Source: Ignavibacteria bacterium (lineage in GTDB: Bacteria > Bacteroidota > Ignavibacteria > Kapaibacteriales > UBA961). From it: a stretch of DNA of 64,000 bases. The notes under the pieces were generated by a model. The model did not search any database. It worked only from the letters and a program-made list of their open reading frames with translations, and was not told the origin of the DNA. The stretch lies in contig VGWD01000010.1 of assembly GCA_016873735.1 (NCBI GenBank), forward strand, positions 235-64,234, in the 5' to 3' direction. Shown piece by piece: positions 1 through 8,857 of the stretch. Each line of letters opens with the position of its first letter. Position 1 is the stretch's first letter. Position numbers and translations under genes: made by a program.

Positions 1-7
1 TGTTATC

Positions 8-2212
8 ATGAAACACTTGTTTCATTTTGCAATGATTATCGCACTCATGTCAATGTCATTGCCACATGCACAGGCAGACTCACCAAAAAAGTCATTGATT
101 GAGCGTTTTGTCAATACAAATGCAACCTATGCAGAAGACAGAGACGACAATTTCTTGGCCTTTTACGAGACCTCCGGCATAAAGCAAAGTGCCATCGTGC
201 TCACCTATCATACAGGCCAATTTGGTTTGTTGGATGCGATTCACAGAGCAAATCCTGCACTAAACAATGCACGTTACAGATATTATGGATTGCAGGAACA
301 GCCATTGGCACAATTGGTTGTAGATGGACAAGTCCCTGCAAGTTCAGACAATCAATCATACAATAATGGTGATCCATCCGATACTTTGGGTTGGTCAACA
401 GCCATTATTCCCGGTGATTCACCCATCACATTGACCATTCAGCAACAACAAAGTGGAGCAAATGTCACATTCAAGGTTACGGTCAATTCCAGTGTTGCAT
501 TGCAAGGTGAAAAACTCAAATTGGTTATTGGGGAATATTATAGAAGATCAAGTACTGTAGGTACAAATGCTCAATTGGATTTTCGTTATATCGCTCGCCA
601 AATGTCTAATGCGGCAGGTCAGCTCGATACCAATGGCATTGAATTGAACATGAAAGCCGGTGAGACCAAAGAATTCAATTTTACATTCACTCCTGCTTCG
701 AGTGGTGCAAGTGCATTCAAAACAGAATATCTCTATGGCGTTGCTTTTGTGCAAAATGACGAAACAAAAGACGTACTTCAGGCAGAAACATCCGCAAAGT
801 CCGAAGTTCTTGCAGCAGTTAACAGTTCTCAGCCTTTGTATTTCAAAGCCACACCCGGAGAAGTGATTTCAAAGGAAGTGGCAGTTGTGACGAGTCTTGA
901 AGATCAAGAAGCTATTGTTTCAATTTATGTTGATACGGTTGGAAATCCCATCCCCGCAGGTTGGAGTGTTACCATCGAGCCAAAAGAAGTTACAAAAGTA
1001 CCCGGTGAAGACATGATGGTTACTGTGAATGTAACTCCGGGTGATCAGTCTGCATATTATTTGCCGTCAATTGCCGCAAAGACAAAAAATACGGATGCAT
1101 TCAATATCCCGATCTCCAGAAGCATCATAGGCGTTCTTTCATATAACACCAAGAATTTTGTTTCTGGATTTAGCGGATTCACAAGAAAAGGAATTTATAC
1201 AAAAGGTATTGCCAACAATATCTTGGCAAAAACCTCCACAATGCCTTGGATTGGTGGTTTATTCACTGAATTCCAGGATATTGTTGAACAATCAGATTTG
1301 TTCATTGTTCCAATGGGAACCCAGCCTTTATACTTGGACCCACAATTTAATTTCAGTAATCCTGTTGAAAAATTGTCAGAGTTCATTGATCAAGGAAAGA
1401 AAATTCTCATCTTCTCCAATGTAGGTCTTAGCTGGGCATTTGATGAAGGATATCCTCAAAATCAATTTGCCGGCGTTGGTAATGGACCATTGGTTCAAGA
1501 ATTTTTCGATAAAATCGGTATTGAATTGGGATCAAATAAACCGAGACTTGAGAATCAAGGAGGAGGTGTTACAATTACACCATTTACCATGAGAGGAATT
1601 GCTAATAATGTTATTGGTAATAGATTGAACAATAATGCTGTGATCAATGCCAATGCATTCACTGCTGCAAATTTCTTTGCGGGTTCTTATGTAGCAAGCA
1701 CCGATATCATTAAAATCACAAATCCGAGTATTGCTACGCCTTTCATCTATTATGATTCAGATCAAAAAGATATTGCAGGTATTCATGCAACAATTGGCAA
1801 TGCACGAGTTGTATATGTTACATTCCCACTTGAGATTTTGAATGTTGCCTCAAATCAACAGGAAATTCTCCGTAAGTCCGTGAACTGGTTGCTCACAGGT
1901 TCGGCAGCATCCGTTGATGAAGAATTGACTGAACAATCAAATGACTTTCTGAGTGTCACCATGCAACCCAATCCGGTTTCCGATCGTGGTGTCGTGAATT
2001 TATCAGTGAAAGGAAATACACCGCAATTGCTGACCATTTCATTATATGATGCCCTTGGAAATGAAGTTGCGAAAGTTTCTCAAGGTACATTTGAACCGGG
2101 TAATCATTCTGTAAATATCCCTGTCTCAAATTTTGCTTCCGGTGCATATAGATTGGTTGTTCGTTCACTGGAAGGTACAGGAGTTCATATTCCTGTTAAT
2201 ATTGTTAGATAA
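8..2212 (+). CDS. Secreted Omp28-like (thioredoxin-fold) domain protein lacking CXXC, with Ig-like and alpha/beta domains and a T9SS type A C-terminal sorting domain
   Basis: Signal peptide MKHLFHFAMIIALMSMSLPHAQA; KKSLIERF start and YGVAFVQN..TKDVLQA end of an Omp28-like domain; CTD QPNPVS...YDALG...ASGAYRLVV; paralogous to the next two genes. Confidence 0.8.
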   Translation: MKHLFHFAMIIALMSMSLPHAQADSPKKSLIERFVNTNATYAEDRDDNFLAFYETSGIKQSAIVLTYHTGQFGLLDAIHRANPALNNARYRYYGLQEQPLAQLVVDGQVPASSDNQSYNNGDPSDTLGWSTAIIPGDSPITLTIQQQQSGANVTFKVTVNSSVALQGEKLKLVIGEYYRRSSTVGTNAQLDFRYIARQMSNAAGQLDTNGIELNMKAGETKEFNFTFTPASSGASAFKTEYLYGVAFVQNDETKDVLQAETSAKSEVLAAVNSSQPLYFKATPGEVISKEVAVVTSLEDQEAIVSIYVDTVGNPIPAGWSVTIEPKEVTKVPGEDMMVTVNVTPGDQSAYYLPSIAAKTKNTDAFNIPISRSIIGVLSYNTKNFVSGFSGFTRKGIYTKGIANNILAKTSTMPWIGGLFTEFQDIVEQSDLFIVPMGTQPLYLDPQFNFSNPVEKLSEFIDQGKKILIFSNVGLSWAFDEGYPQNQFAGVGNGPLVQEFFDKIGIELGSNKPRLENQGGGVTITPFTMRGIANNVIGNRLNNNAVINANAFTAANFFAGSYVASTDIIKITNPSIATPFIYYDSDQKDIAGIHATIGNARVVYVTFPLEILNVASNQQEILRKSVNWLLTGSAASVDEELTEQSNDFLSVTMQPNPVSDRGVVNLSVKGNTPQLLTISLYDALGNEVAKVSQGTFEPGNHSVNIPVSNFASGAYRLVVRSLEGTGVHIPVNIVR

Positions 2213-2259
2213 ACGATTTAGGTAAGTTAAAACAATTGAGTAATTATTGGAGAAACATC

Positions 2260-4440
2260 ATGAATGTTTTCGTACGTGGTCTTGGAGCAATGCTTCTAGC
2301 ACTTTTTATGGTTACGGGTTCGGCTCAATCACAAGGACCTGTCAAAAGAGTATTCCTCGAGCAATTCACCGGCGCATGGTGCGGTTGGTGCGTTGATGGT
2401 TCTGTTGTGATTGACAATCTTCTTGCGCAATATCCCAATCAATTGATTGCGGTGAAAGTGCATCAAGGCGATGGCATGGAAATTCCAAAAGTGATGGCTG
2501 ATACGCTTCGTTCATTCGTTGCCGGATATCCAAGTGGTGCAATCGATCGCATGTTGTTTTCAGGACAACAGACTGTAGGTATTGGTCGTAATTTGTGGTC
2601 AACATATGTACGTCAACAAATGGCAATGACTGCTGATGTGGGCATTGAAATCACCAATGTGAACTTTGACCCTTCAACAAGAAAAATCACTGCAGATGTA
2701 ACAGCAACATTCGTGAAATCTGCTTCCGGTGATCTTCGCATCAACTTGATTGTTGTTGAAGACAATGTTACAGGTACCGGTGCAACTTATGATCAGAAGA
2801 ATTTCATTGCAAACAATCCAAGTTTTGTTGGTCATCCTTATTATTCAAAGCCAGCAACCATCACAGGATATAAGCATCGTTCAGTAGTTCGTTCTTATGC
2901 CGGTGGAGTATGGGGTGCGAAAGGAATCATTCCCGGTGTTGCACAAACAGGAACTCCATACACAGCAAAATTCAGTTATACATTGCCTGCTTCATATAAA
3001 GCAGACAATATCACATTGGTTGGTACCGTTCAAAAATTTGGTACTGCTGCCAATGCGAAAATCATGCTTAATGCAAATGAAGTTGGTTTGACAAAAGCCA
3101 TCGTTAAGACTGAATCTTCAATTGAAAAGCCGGCAATGTTTGTTGCTCAAGGTTCAAAAGGCAGCACTGAAATCACAATCAAAAATCTTTCATCTGCAGC
3201 TGCAACCGTCACATTGAGCGTATATGCAGAAAGCTCATTGATTCCTGATGGATGGGATGCCACTGTTGAGCCGTCAACTATCTCACTACCTGCAAATGGT
3301 ACTGCAAAAGCAAATGTCACTTTGAACACAGATGGAAATCAGGGCTATGCTGTTATCGCTATTGATGCAGTTTCCAAAGATCCAAGCGTGATCGGACGTG
3401 TCAGCAGAGGTTATGCATATAGTATGACTCCTGGTATGAAGTATGCTGTGTACAATGCCCATCCTCGCATGAATGAAAATTATGCACAACCACTCAGAAA
3501 TCGCGGTGGTGAATTCGAATCCAAATCAATTGATTTACCATTGAATGCAGGTTTCATGGAAATGTATCCTGCCTCAACATTTGATGCTGCAATCTTTGCG
3601 GTGCATCATAATGGTAGAGGTTCCCTTGGGACAAATCCTGCAATTCTTGCACAAATAAGCGGAATGCTTGATGCAGGCAAGAAGGTATTCATAGCAGGTG
3701 GCTTAGAAGCTTATTTAGGAATTAAGTCTACATCAGCGACAAATGCCACAAAGTCATTCTTCGAGTCTAGATTGGGTGTGACAGTGACCAATGAACCTGT
3801 TCTCCGTCTTCAGACAAGTGCAAATGGTCAAATCACCGGTACAATTCCATTCCAATTACAAGGCGTGAAAGATGATGTGATCGGTAATGGAATCGATTAT
3901 TTGGCGAATGATGTTACCAACCTTAACGCAGAGCCATTCTTGTATTACACCGATGCACTCTCAGTTAATCCTGGTAGCAAGGCAACACCTGTATTGTACA
4001 TGGATGAAAATGCGGATAATGTTGCAGGAATTCGCTGGCAAGAAGGTAATGCAAAATTGGTGATGTTCACATTTGACATGGATGGCATTTCAGATGAAGA
4101 AGTGAAGAATACAATCATGGATAGAACATATACTTGGCTCTTTAGCAATGCTTCTTCTGTTGAAGAAGATTCTGATTTGTCAATGTTGCTACAGCCAAAC
4201 CCATTCTCTGGTGCAGCCACAGTTCAATTCATGATTTCTGATCCTTCAACACAGTATGTCACGTTCAACCTTGTAGACATGCTCGGAAGAAATGTTCAAA
4301 CAAGCATGCCTGTTCCGGTATCCACCGGCATGAACAGCTATATGATCAAGAACAATGGTCTCACACCAGGTGCATATCGCTTGGTTGTTACTGGTTCAAA
4401 TGGCAAAACTCAAACTATGCCTGTCATGATAAACAGATAA
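2260..4440 (+). CDS. Omp28-related protein (WCGWC) with T9SS C-terminal sorting domain
   Basis: KRVFLEQFTGAWCGWC motif, H..VVR..GGVWG; CTD QPNPFS...DMLGR...PGAYRL. ATG at 2260 chosen over TTG 2236 because of GGAG at 2249-2252. Confidence 0.9.
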   Translation: MNVFVRGLGAMLLALFMVTGSAQSQGPVKRVFLEQFTGAWCGWCVDGSVVIDNLLAQYPNQLIAVKVHQGDGMEIPKVMADTLRSFVAGYPSGAIDRMLFSGQQTVGIGRNLWSTYVRQQMAMTADVGIEITNVNFDPSTRKITADVTATFVKSASGDLRINLIVVEDNVTGTGATYDQKNFIANNPSFVGHPYYSKPATITGYKHRSVVRSYAGGVWGAKGIIPGVAQTGTPYTAKFSYTLPASYKADNITLVGTVQKFGTAANAKIMLNANEVGLTKAIVKTESSIEKPAMFVAQGSKGSTEITIKNLSSAAATVTLSVYAESSLIPDGWDATVEPSTISLPANGTAKANVTLNTDGNQGYAVIAIDAVSKDPSVIGRVSRGYAYSMTPGMKYAVYNAHPRMNENYAQPLRNRGGEFESKSIDLPLNAGFMEMYPASTFDAAIFAVHHNGRGSLGTNPAILAQISGMLDAGKKVFIAGGLEAYLGIKSTSATNATKSFFESRLGVTVTNEPVLRLQTSANGQITGTIPFQLQGVKDDVIGNGIDYLANDVTNLNAEPFLYYTDALSVNPGSKATPVLYMDENADNVAGIRWQEGNAKLVMFTFDMDGISDEEVKNTIMDRTYTWLFSNASSVEEDSDLSMLLQPNPFSGAATVQFMISDPSTQYVTFNLVDMLGRNVQTSMPVPVSTGMNSYMIKNNGLTPGAYRLVVTGSNGKTQTMPVMINR

Positions 4441-4458
4441 ATTCGAGTTTATTCGATC

Positions 4459-4496
4459 AATGGGATTGCATATGATTTGCAATCCCATTTTTTTTT
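4459..4496 (+). terminator. Rho-independent terminator
   Basis: AATGGGATTGCA (4459-4470) / TGCAATCCCATT (4478-4489) perfect 12-bp stem followed by a T run. Confidence 0.9.
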
Positions 4497-4497
4497 A

Positions 4498-4504
4498 TAG
4501 TTTG
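4498..4504 (+). promoter_or_regulatory. Putative Bacteroidota-type -7 promoter element (TAGTTTG) for the third Omp28 gene
   Basis: Short variant of TAnnTTTG directly after the terminator, 34 nt before the ATG. Confidence 0.45.
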
Positions 4505-4537
4505 CCAACCAATGATTAATATTCATATGGAGTTAAT

Positions 4538-6700
4538 ATGCGATATAATTTTACTCGTTTTGCCCTTGCACTATGTTTCTGTGTGGGCTTTGTAGTTTCA
4601 GTTCAAGCCCAAAAACCGGTAAAGCGCGTTTTGCTTGAACAATACACCGGCGCATGGTGCGGATGGTGCGTTGATGGAAGTGTGGTCATGGATGAACTCA
4701 TCAAAGAATTTCCGGAAAATGTCATTGGTGTGAAGGTGCATCAAGGAGATGATATGGAAATTCCCAAAGTGTTTGATTCAATCAAAACTCTTGTCCCCTT
4801 TTATCCAAGCGGTAGTATAGACAGAGTAACATTTCCCGGAGAAGCCACTGTTGGCACAAGCCGTGAAAAGTGGAAAGAATATGTTTTGTTGCAAATGAAC
4901 AAAGGAAGTGATATTGATGTGAACATCACCAATGTATCTTTTGACAAGTCGACTCGTTTATTGAAGGCAACCGTTGAAGCCACATTTGTAAAATCAATGA
5001 ATGGTGACTTGCGCTTAAATCTCATGGTTGTAGAGGACAATGTAACCGGCACAGGATCGGGTTATGATCAAAGCAATTATATCAGTGGAAATGCATCGTT
5101 CAAAGGTCATCCTTACTTTGATAAGCCCGCGAAAATCGTAGGTTATGAGCATCGTTCAGTCGTAAGAGCTTACCCTGGAGGTGTATGGGGAATCAAAAAC
5201 AGCATACCCGCAGTAACAAGTACAGGTGAAAAATATACAGCCAACTTCACATATACCGTTCCGGCGAATTTTGATGAAGGTAATCTGCAGCTTGTGGGTG
5301 TGGTTCAAAAACATGGTGCAGCCATCACAGCCAGAGAAGTATTGAATTCCTATCAAATTGGATTACTTAAACCCGTGGCTATTGAATCAGGAATTGTGGA
5401 TCAATTTCAGAAATCAACAACAATGGGGAGCGAATCAAAGATCACAATGAAGAATATCAATGAAGAAGCCGTCAGCATCACATATGAAGTTGATCAAGCA
5501 GCATCATTGATACCTAAAGGATGGAATGCCAGTGTTTCCAAAACAACAGAAAATCTTGAACCGGGGGCTTCTTCAGATATAATGGTTACTGTGGCAACCG
5601 ATGATAATCCGGGCTTTGCAAAAGTAATTGTCAATGCAGTTGTTACAAGTCAAAACTTGGCAAAGAAAACATTCAGATCCAAAGTCTATGCATTGTCTCC
5701 ATTGGTCAAGCATGTTGTGTATGGTTCACATCCAAAGATGAAAGAGTTATATCTCAATGAATTAGAGCAGATAAAACCCAAAGCAACGGCTCAATTGCTT
5801 ATGGATGAAGAAGTACTTGCGGGATATCCTCCATCAATGTTTGATGTTGCAGTGATTACGGTCGACAATGAGAATGCCGGCTTGATTGCAAAAAATTCAT
5901 CATTGTTGTCCGGAATTTCCTCTATGCTGCAAAATGGAAAAAAAGTATTCATGGCTTCAGATCAAGAGATTTCAACCTTATTGAAATCCGATAATACTGC
6001 TGCAAAAGCATTTCTGAATGAAACAATAGGAGTCTCCGTGAAGGCTGGCTCACCCGTGAAGCGTTTCGAACAAGACAAAAATTCGGGCGACATCCTCATG
6101 GCATATCCTGTAGTCCTCAATGGAAAAGCAGGTGATTATATCAGTCGTGATGTAAAAGCCACATTGAATGAATATTTCGAAGATCCACTATTGACCCCAT
6201 TCACAAGATTCACTGATGTGTTTACATTGAATCAAGGTAGTACAGCTGTTCCCATATTCACCTATGATGATAATGCAACAGATATCGGTGCCATTCGATG
6301 GGAAAACAATAATGCTCGTATGGTCTTGTTTGGATTCGGGCTTGATGGATTGTCCAATAAGGCAAAACGCTCCAATATCATGTCAAGAACATTCAATTGG
6401 CTGCTACTTGGGGCATCATCCCTCGATGAACCAATAACAGGTGAAAATCGTATCATGCCCAATCCCGCTTCAGAAGTGGCTATTGTGGAATATATGGTAG
6501 CGCAACCTTCTCAATCCATTGTGATATCGGTTCATGATGCTCTTGGAAGACAAGTCCAAGAGTATAAACGTCAGCATGGATCGATTGGCATTCAGTCGAT
6601 TTCCTTACCTCTTTCAGGACTTCCTTTAGGACAATACCATGTTAAGATTGATGGTGCCAATACAATGCCTTCATTTATGCCATTGGTAATCATACGATAA
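4538..6700 (+). CDS. Omp28-related protein (WCGWC) with T9SS C-terminal sorting domain
   Basis: KRVLLEQYTGAWCGWC; CTD MPNPASE...HDALGR...LGQYHV; GGAG RBS at 4529-4532. Confidence 0.9.
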   Translation: MRYNFTRFALALCFCVGFVVSVQAQKPVKRVLLEQYTGAWCGWCVDGSVVMDELIKEFPENVIGVKVHQGDDMEIPKVFDSIKTLVPFYPSGSIDRVTFPGEATVGTSREKWKEYVLLQMNKGSDIDVNITNVSFDKSTRLLKATVEATFVKSMNGDLRLNLMVVEDNVTGTGSGYDQSNYISGNASFKGHPYFDKPAKIVGYEHRSVVRAYPGGVWGIKNSIPAVTSTGEKYTANFTYTVPANFDEGNLQLVGVVQKHGAAITAREVLNSYQIGLLKPVAIESGIVDQFQKSTTMGSESKITMKNINEEAVSITYEVDQAASLIPKGWNASVSKTTENLEPGASSDIMVTVATDDNPGFAKVIVNAVVTSQNLAKKTFRSKVYALSPLVKHVVYGSHPKMKELYLNELEQIKPKATAQLLMDEEVLAGYPPSMFDVAVITVDNENAGLIAKNSSLLSGISSMLQNGKKVFMASDQEISTLLKSDNTAAKAFLNETIGVSVKAGSPVKRFEQDKNSGDILMAYPVVLNGKAGDYISRDVKATLNEYFEDPLLTPFTRFTDVFTLNQGSTAVPIFTYDDNATDIGAIRWENNNARMVLFGFGLDGLSNKAKRSNIMSRTFNWLLLGASSLDEPITGENRIMPNPASEVAIVEYMVAQPSQSIVISVHDALGRQVQEYKRQHGSIGIQSISLPLSGLPLGQYHVKIDGANTMPSFMPLVIIR

Positions 6701-6717
6701 ATTTGCCATATCATTGA

Positions 6718-6758
6718 AAAGGCCGTCATTTCTTCGGAATTGACGGCCTTTCTTTTTT
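6718..6758 (+). terminator. Rho-independent terminator with C(UUCG)G tetraloop
   Basis: AAAGGCCGTCA/TGACGGCCTTT stem, inner TTC-TTCG-GAA, then TTTCTTTTTT. Confidence 0.9.
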
Positions 6759-6797
6759 CATCAGAAATCTGTCCCTAAAAAAGTGCCTAATGTTTTG

Positions 6798-6805
6798 TAT
6801 TTTTG
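6798..6805 (+). promoter_or_regulatory. Putative -7 promoter element TATTTTTG upstream of nuoE
   Basis: Matches the Bacteroidota sigma-A consensus TAnnTTTG, 39 nt before the start codon. Confidence 0.55.
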
Positions 6806-6843
6806 CCCATAACTGAAACACTTAGAATAACCTAGAAAACCGT

Positions 6844-7326
6844 ATGTCACAAGAGATTGCATTTACAAAGGAAGAGCTTGCAGAAATCGAACGACTTAAA
6901 GCTCAATATCCTGAGTCAAAAGCAGCCATCATGCCTGTTTTATGGATGACTCAAAAGAAATTCGGGTGGCTTTCTGAAGATGTCATGCGCATGGTGGGTG
7001 ATGTGATGAACTTGCCTTTTGCTCATGTAAAGGGTGTTGCCACATTCTATACCATGTACTTCAAAAAACCCATGGGTAAGTTTCATGTTCAGGTCTGTAC
7101 AAATGTGTCCTGCATGCTTCGTGGAGGTGAGGAAATATATCATGAGTTGTGTGATAAATATGGCATCGGTCATAATGAGCGGACAGCTGATGGTAAAATC
7201 TCACTTGAGGAAGTTGAATGCATGGGTGCATGTGGTGGTGCTCCGATGATTGCCATCAATGAAGACTATCATGAACATGTTTCGATGGCTGATGTTGAAC
7301 GATTGATCGCTTCTATGGCAGATTGA
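6844..7326 (+). CDS. nuoE: NADH-quinone oxidoreductase subunit E (2Fe-2S)
   Basis: VATFYTMY, QVCTNVSC and VECMGACGGAPM cluster-binding motifs. Confidence 0.95.
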   Translation: MSQEIAFTKEELAEIERLKAQYPESKAAIMPVLWMTQKKFGWLSEDVMRMVGDVMNLPFAHVKGVATFYTMYFKKPMGKFHVQVCTNVSCMLRGGEEIYHELCDKYGIGHNERTADGKISLEEVECMGACGGAPMIAINEDYHEHVSMADVERLIASMAD

Positions 7327-7327
7327 C

Positions 7328-8197
7328 ATGTCTTCAAAGAGTGCGCATAGACCAATTGCATTGATGCTATTGCTCACCGGGATGACGCTGTTCTTTCTTT
7401 CACAACTCATCATAGGTGATCTTGCTGCTTCATTGACGCTCATTCCCCAAAAAGTGATTCAAGGGAATGAATGGTGGCGCATTGTAACGCATATGATTGC
7501 GGTTGATTCATATTGGATTGCTTTCTTGGGAATTCCAATGTATTTCTGGTTGGGGAGAGAAGTTGCACAACTGACGCATGATTCTGTTTTTCTGCTCGGA
7601 TTATTGATTGGCGGAGTTATCATTGGGCTCATATATACATTGATGCCAATTGACTGTCCACCTATGGGTGCAGGATTGTTTGGCATGTTATATAGCGCTT
7701 CAATTGCAATGACCATAGTCCGTTCTCCGGCGATAATCATCTCCGCCTTGACAAAATTGCGCATCAGTATCATTGCCACTTGCATTATCGGATTTGGATT
7801 CGTGTTTTTAGGAACTTCAATGTTTTCCGGAAACATGATGCAGATGTATACATATTCACTTGAGTCGGGAAGTGGAATCATGATCGGACTTCTATCGGGT
7901 TTGATATGGTCTCACTTTCGCCTTGCTTCTCGTGAAGAAGATAGAACCAAAACCACTGAATCCGGTTTTCCATTATATGTGCCAATTGCAAGTCAGCCAA
8001 TACGAAGAGATGAAAAGGCGATGATCAATATCATCATAGATCAAAGAGATGACATACATTCTTCCATTATGGATGAAGATATGGATGAGGAAGATGCATT
8101 GAATGTGATTCTGGAAAAAATCCACGATAATCACATTGAATGTTTATCGGATAAAGAGAAGGCATTTCTTGAGCGCTATTCTCGATCACTGAAATAA
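7328..8197 (+). CDS. Rhomboid-fold membrane protein, apparently catalytically inactive, with a C-terminal DUF6576-like tail
   Basis: WWRIVTHM loop motif and ~6 hydrophobic segments; tail LNVILEKI...LSDKEKAFLERYS; no GxSG or AHxGG motif. Confidence 0.7.
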   Translation: MSSKSAHRPIALMLLLTGMTLFFLSQLIIGDLAASLTLIPQKVIQGNEWWRIVTHMIAVDSYWIAFLGIPMYFWLGREVAQLTHDSVFLLGLLIGGVIIGLIYTLMPIDCPPMGAGLFGMLYSASIAMTIVRSPAIIISALTKLRISIIATCIIGFGFVFLGTSMFSGNMMQMYTYSLESGSGIMIGLLSGLIWSHFRLASREEDRTKTTESGFPLYVPIASQPIRRDEKAMINIIIDQRDDIHSSIMDEDMDEEDALNVILEKIHDNHIECLSDKEKAFLERYSRSLK

Positions 8198-8216
8198 CAG
8201 CATAAAGAGCAAAACA

Positions 8217-8501
8217 ATGTCGATACAAGTTAAAGTCACCATCGGTGGCAAAGAATTTTCCCTTCGTGGCGATGATGAAGAAAAGTTGATTCGTGCCGCG
8301 AAGGAAGTTGATGATCAAATCAAAGCGCTTCAATCCGGAATGCTTGATCAATCAACGCATATGCAGGCCATAGTCGCCGCATTGAATTTGGCAGAACAAA
8401 AATTGCAAGCTGAAGAGCAATTGCAAAAGGATACCGTTTTGCTTGCTTCCGAACTTGAGAACATGGCGGTGTTTCTCAGGCAGCAAATGAAAGAACAATA
8501 A
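8217..8501 (+). CDS. zapA: Cell division protein ZapA
   Basis: VKVTIGGKEFSL...EEKLIRAAKEVD...IVAALNLA pattern, 94 aa. Confidence 0.9.
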   Translation: MSIQVKVTIGGKEFSLRGDDEEKLIRAAKEVDDQIKALQSGMLDQSTHMQAIVAALNLAEQKLQAEEQLQKDTVLLASELENMAVFLRQQMKEQ

Positions 8502-8510
8502 ACAACATCA

Positions 8511-8754
8511 CCGCTTCATACTTTTTTGTCACACGTCATAATAAAGAACTTATAAATGAAATCATAGGGAATCAGGCTCTTAATATAAATTACAGGCCTC
8601 AACGGGTAACCGTAATCCTCGCAAGCCATGGGCATGCAACATGGGGGTTCAGTGGACGTAAAATATATGAAGGATGATACCCACCGTGTGTGAAGAGAGT
8701 TCTTCTGTCTCGTCTTCGGCAAAGTATCCCCGGATACGGTAAAGTATGAAGCGG
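8511..8754 (+). ncRNA. ssrS: Probable 6S RNA
   Basis: Perfect 14-bp terminal complementarity CCGCTTCATACTTT (8511-8524) / AAAGTATGAAGCGG (8741-8754); nested pairings 8525-8530/8718-8723, 8531-8535/8685-8689, 8536-8539/8674-8677; located directly after zapA and before rny, a common ssrS position. Strand inferred from synteny. Confidence 0.7.
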
Positions 8755-8857
8755 CTTTATTTGCAAACAACAACCAATATAGATCGGTTTGGATGCATGC
8801 ATTCATTCCATTTTTACATGCTCAGGCATTCATCGAAATGTTAAGGTTTAGATAGTC

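Noticed and set aside
80-130. Selenocysteine (UGA) explanation for the missing CXXC in the first Omp28 gene
   Set aside because: The frame has ordinary sense codons (aat aca aat gca acc tat gca) and no TGA
6718-6751. Similar hairpins at 6718 (AAAGGCCGTCA) and 50032 (AAAGCCGTCAA) as a REP or MITE family
   Set aside because: Only two short copies with different loops, both at gene 3' ends; adequately explained as terminators
8516-8806. Minus-strand 96-aa and 67-aa ORFs between zapA and rny
   Set aside because: No recognisable motifs or RBS; they overlap the structured 6S-like region
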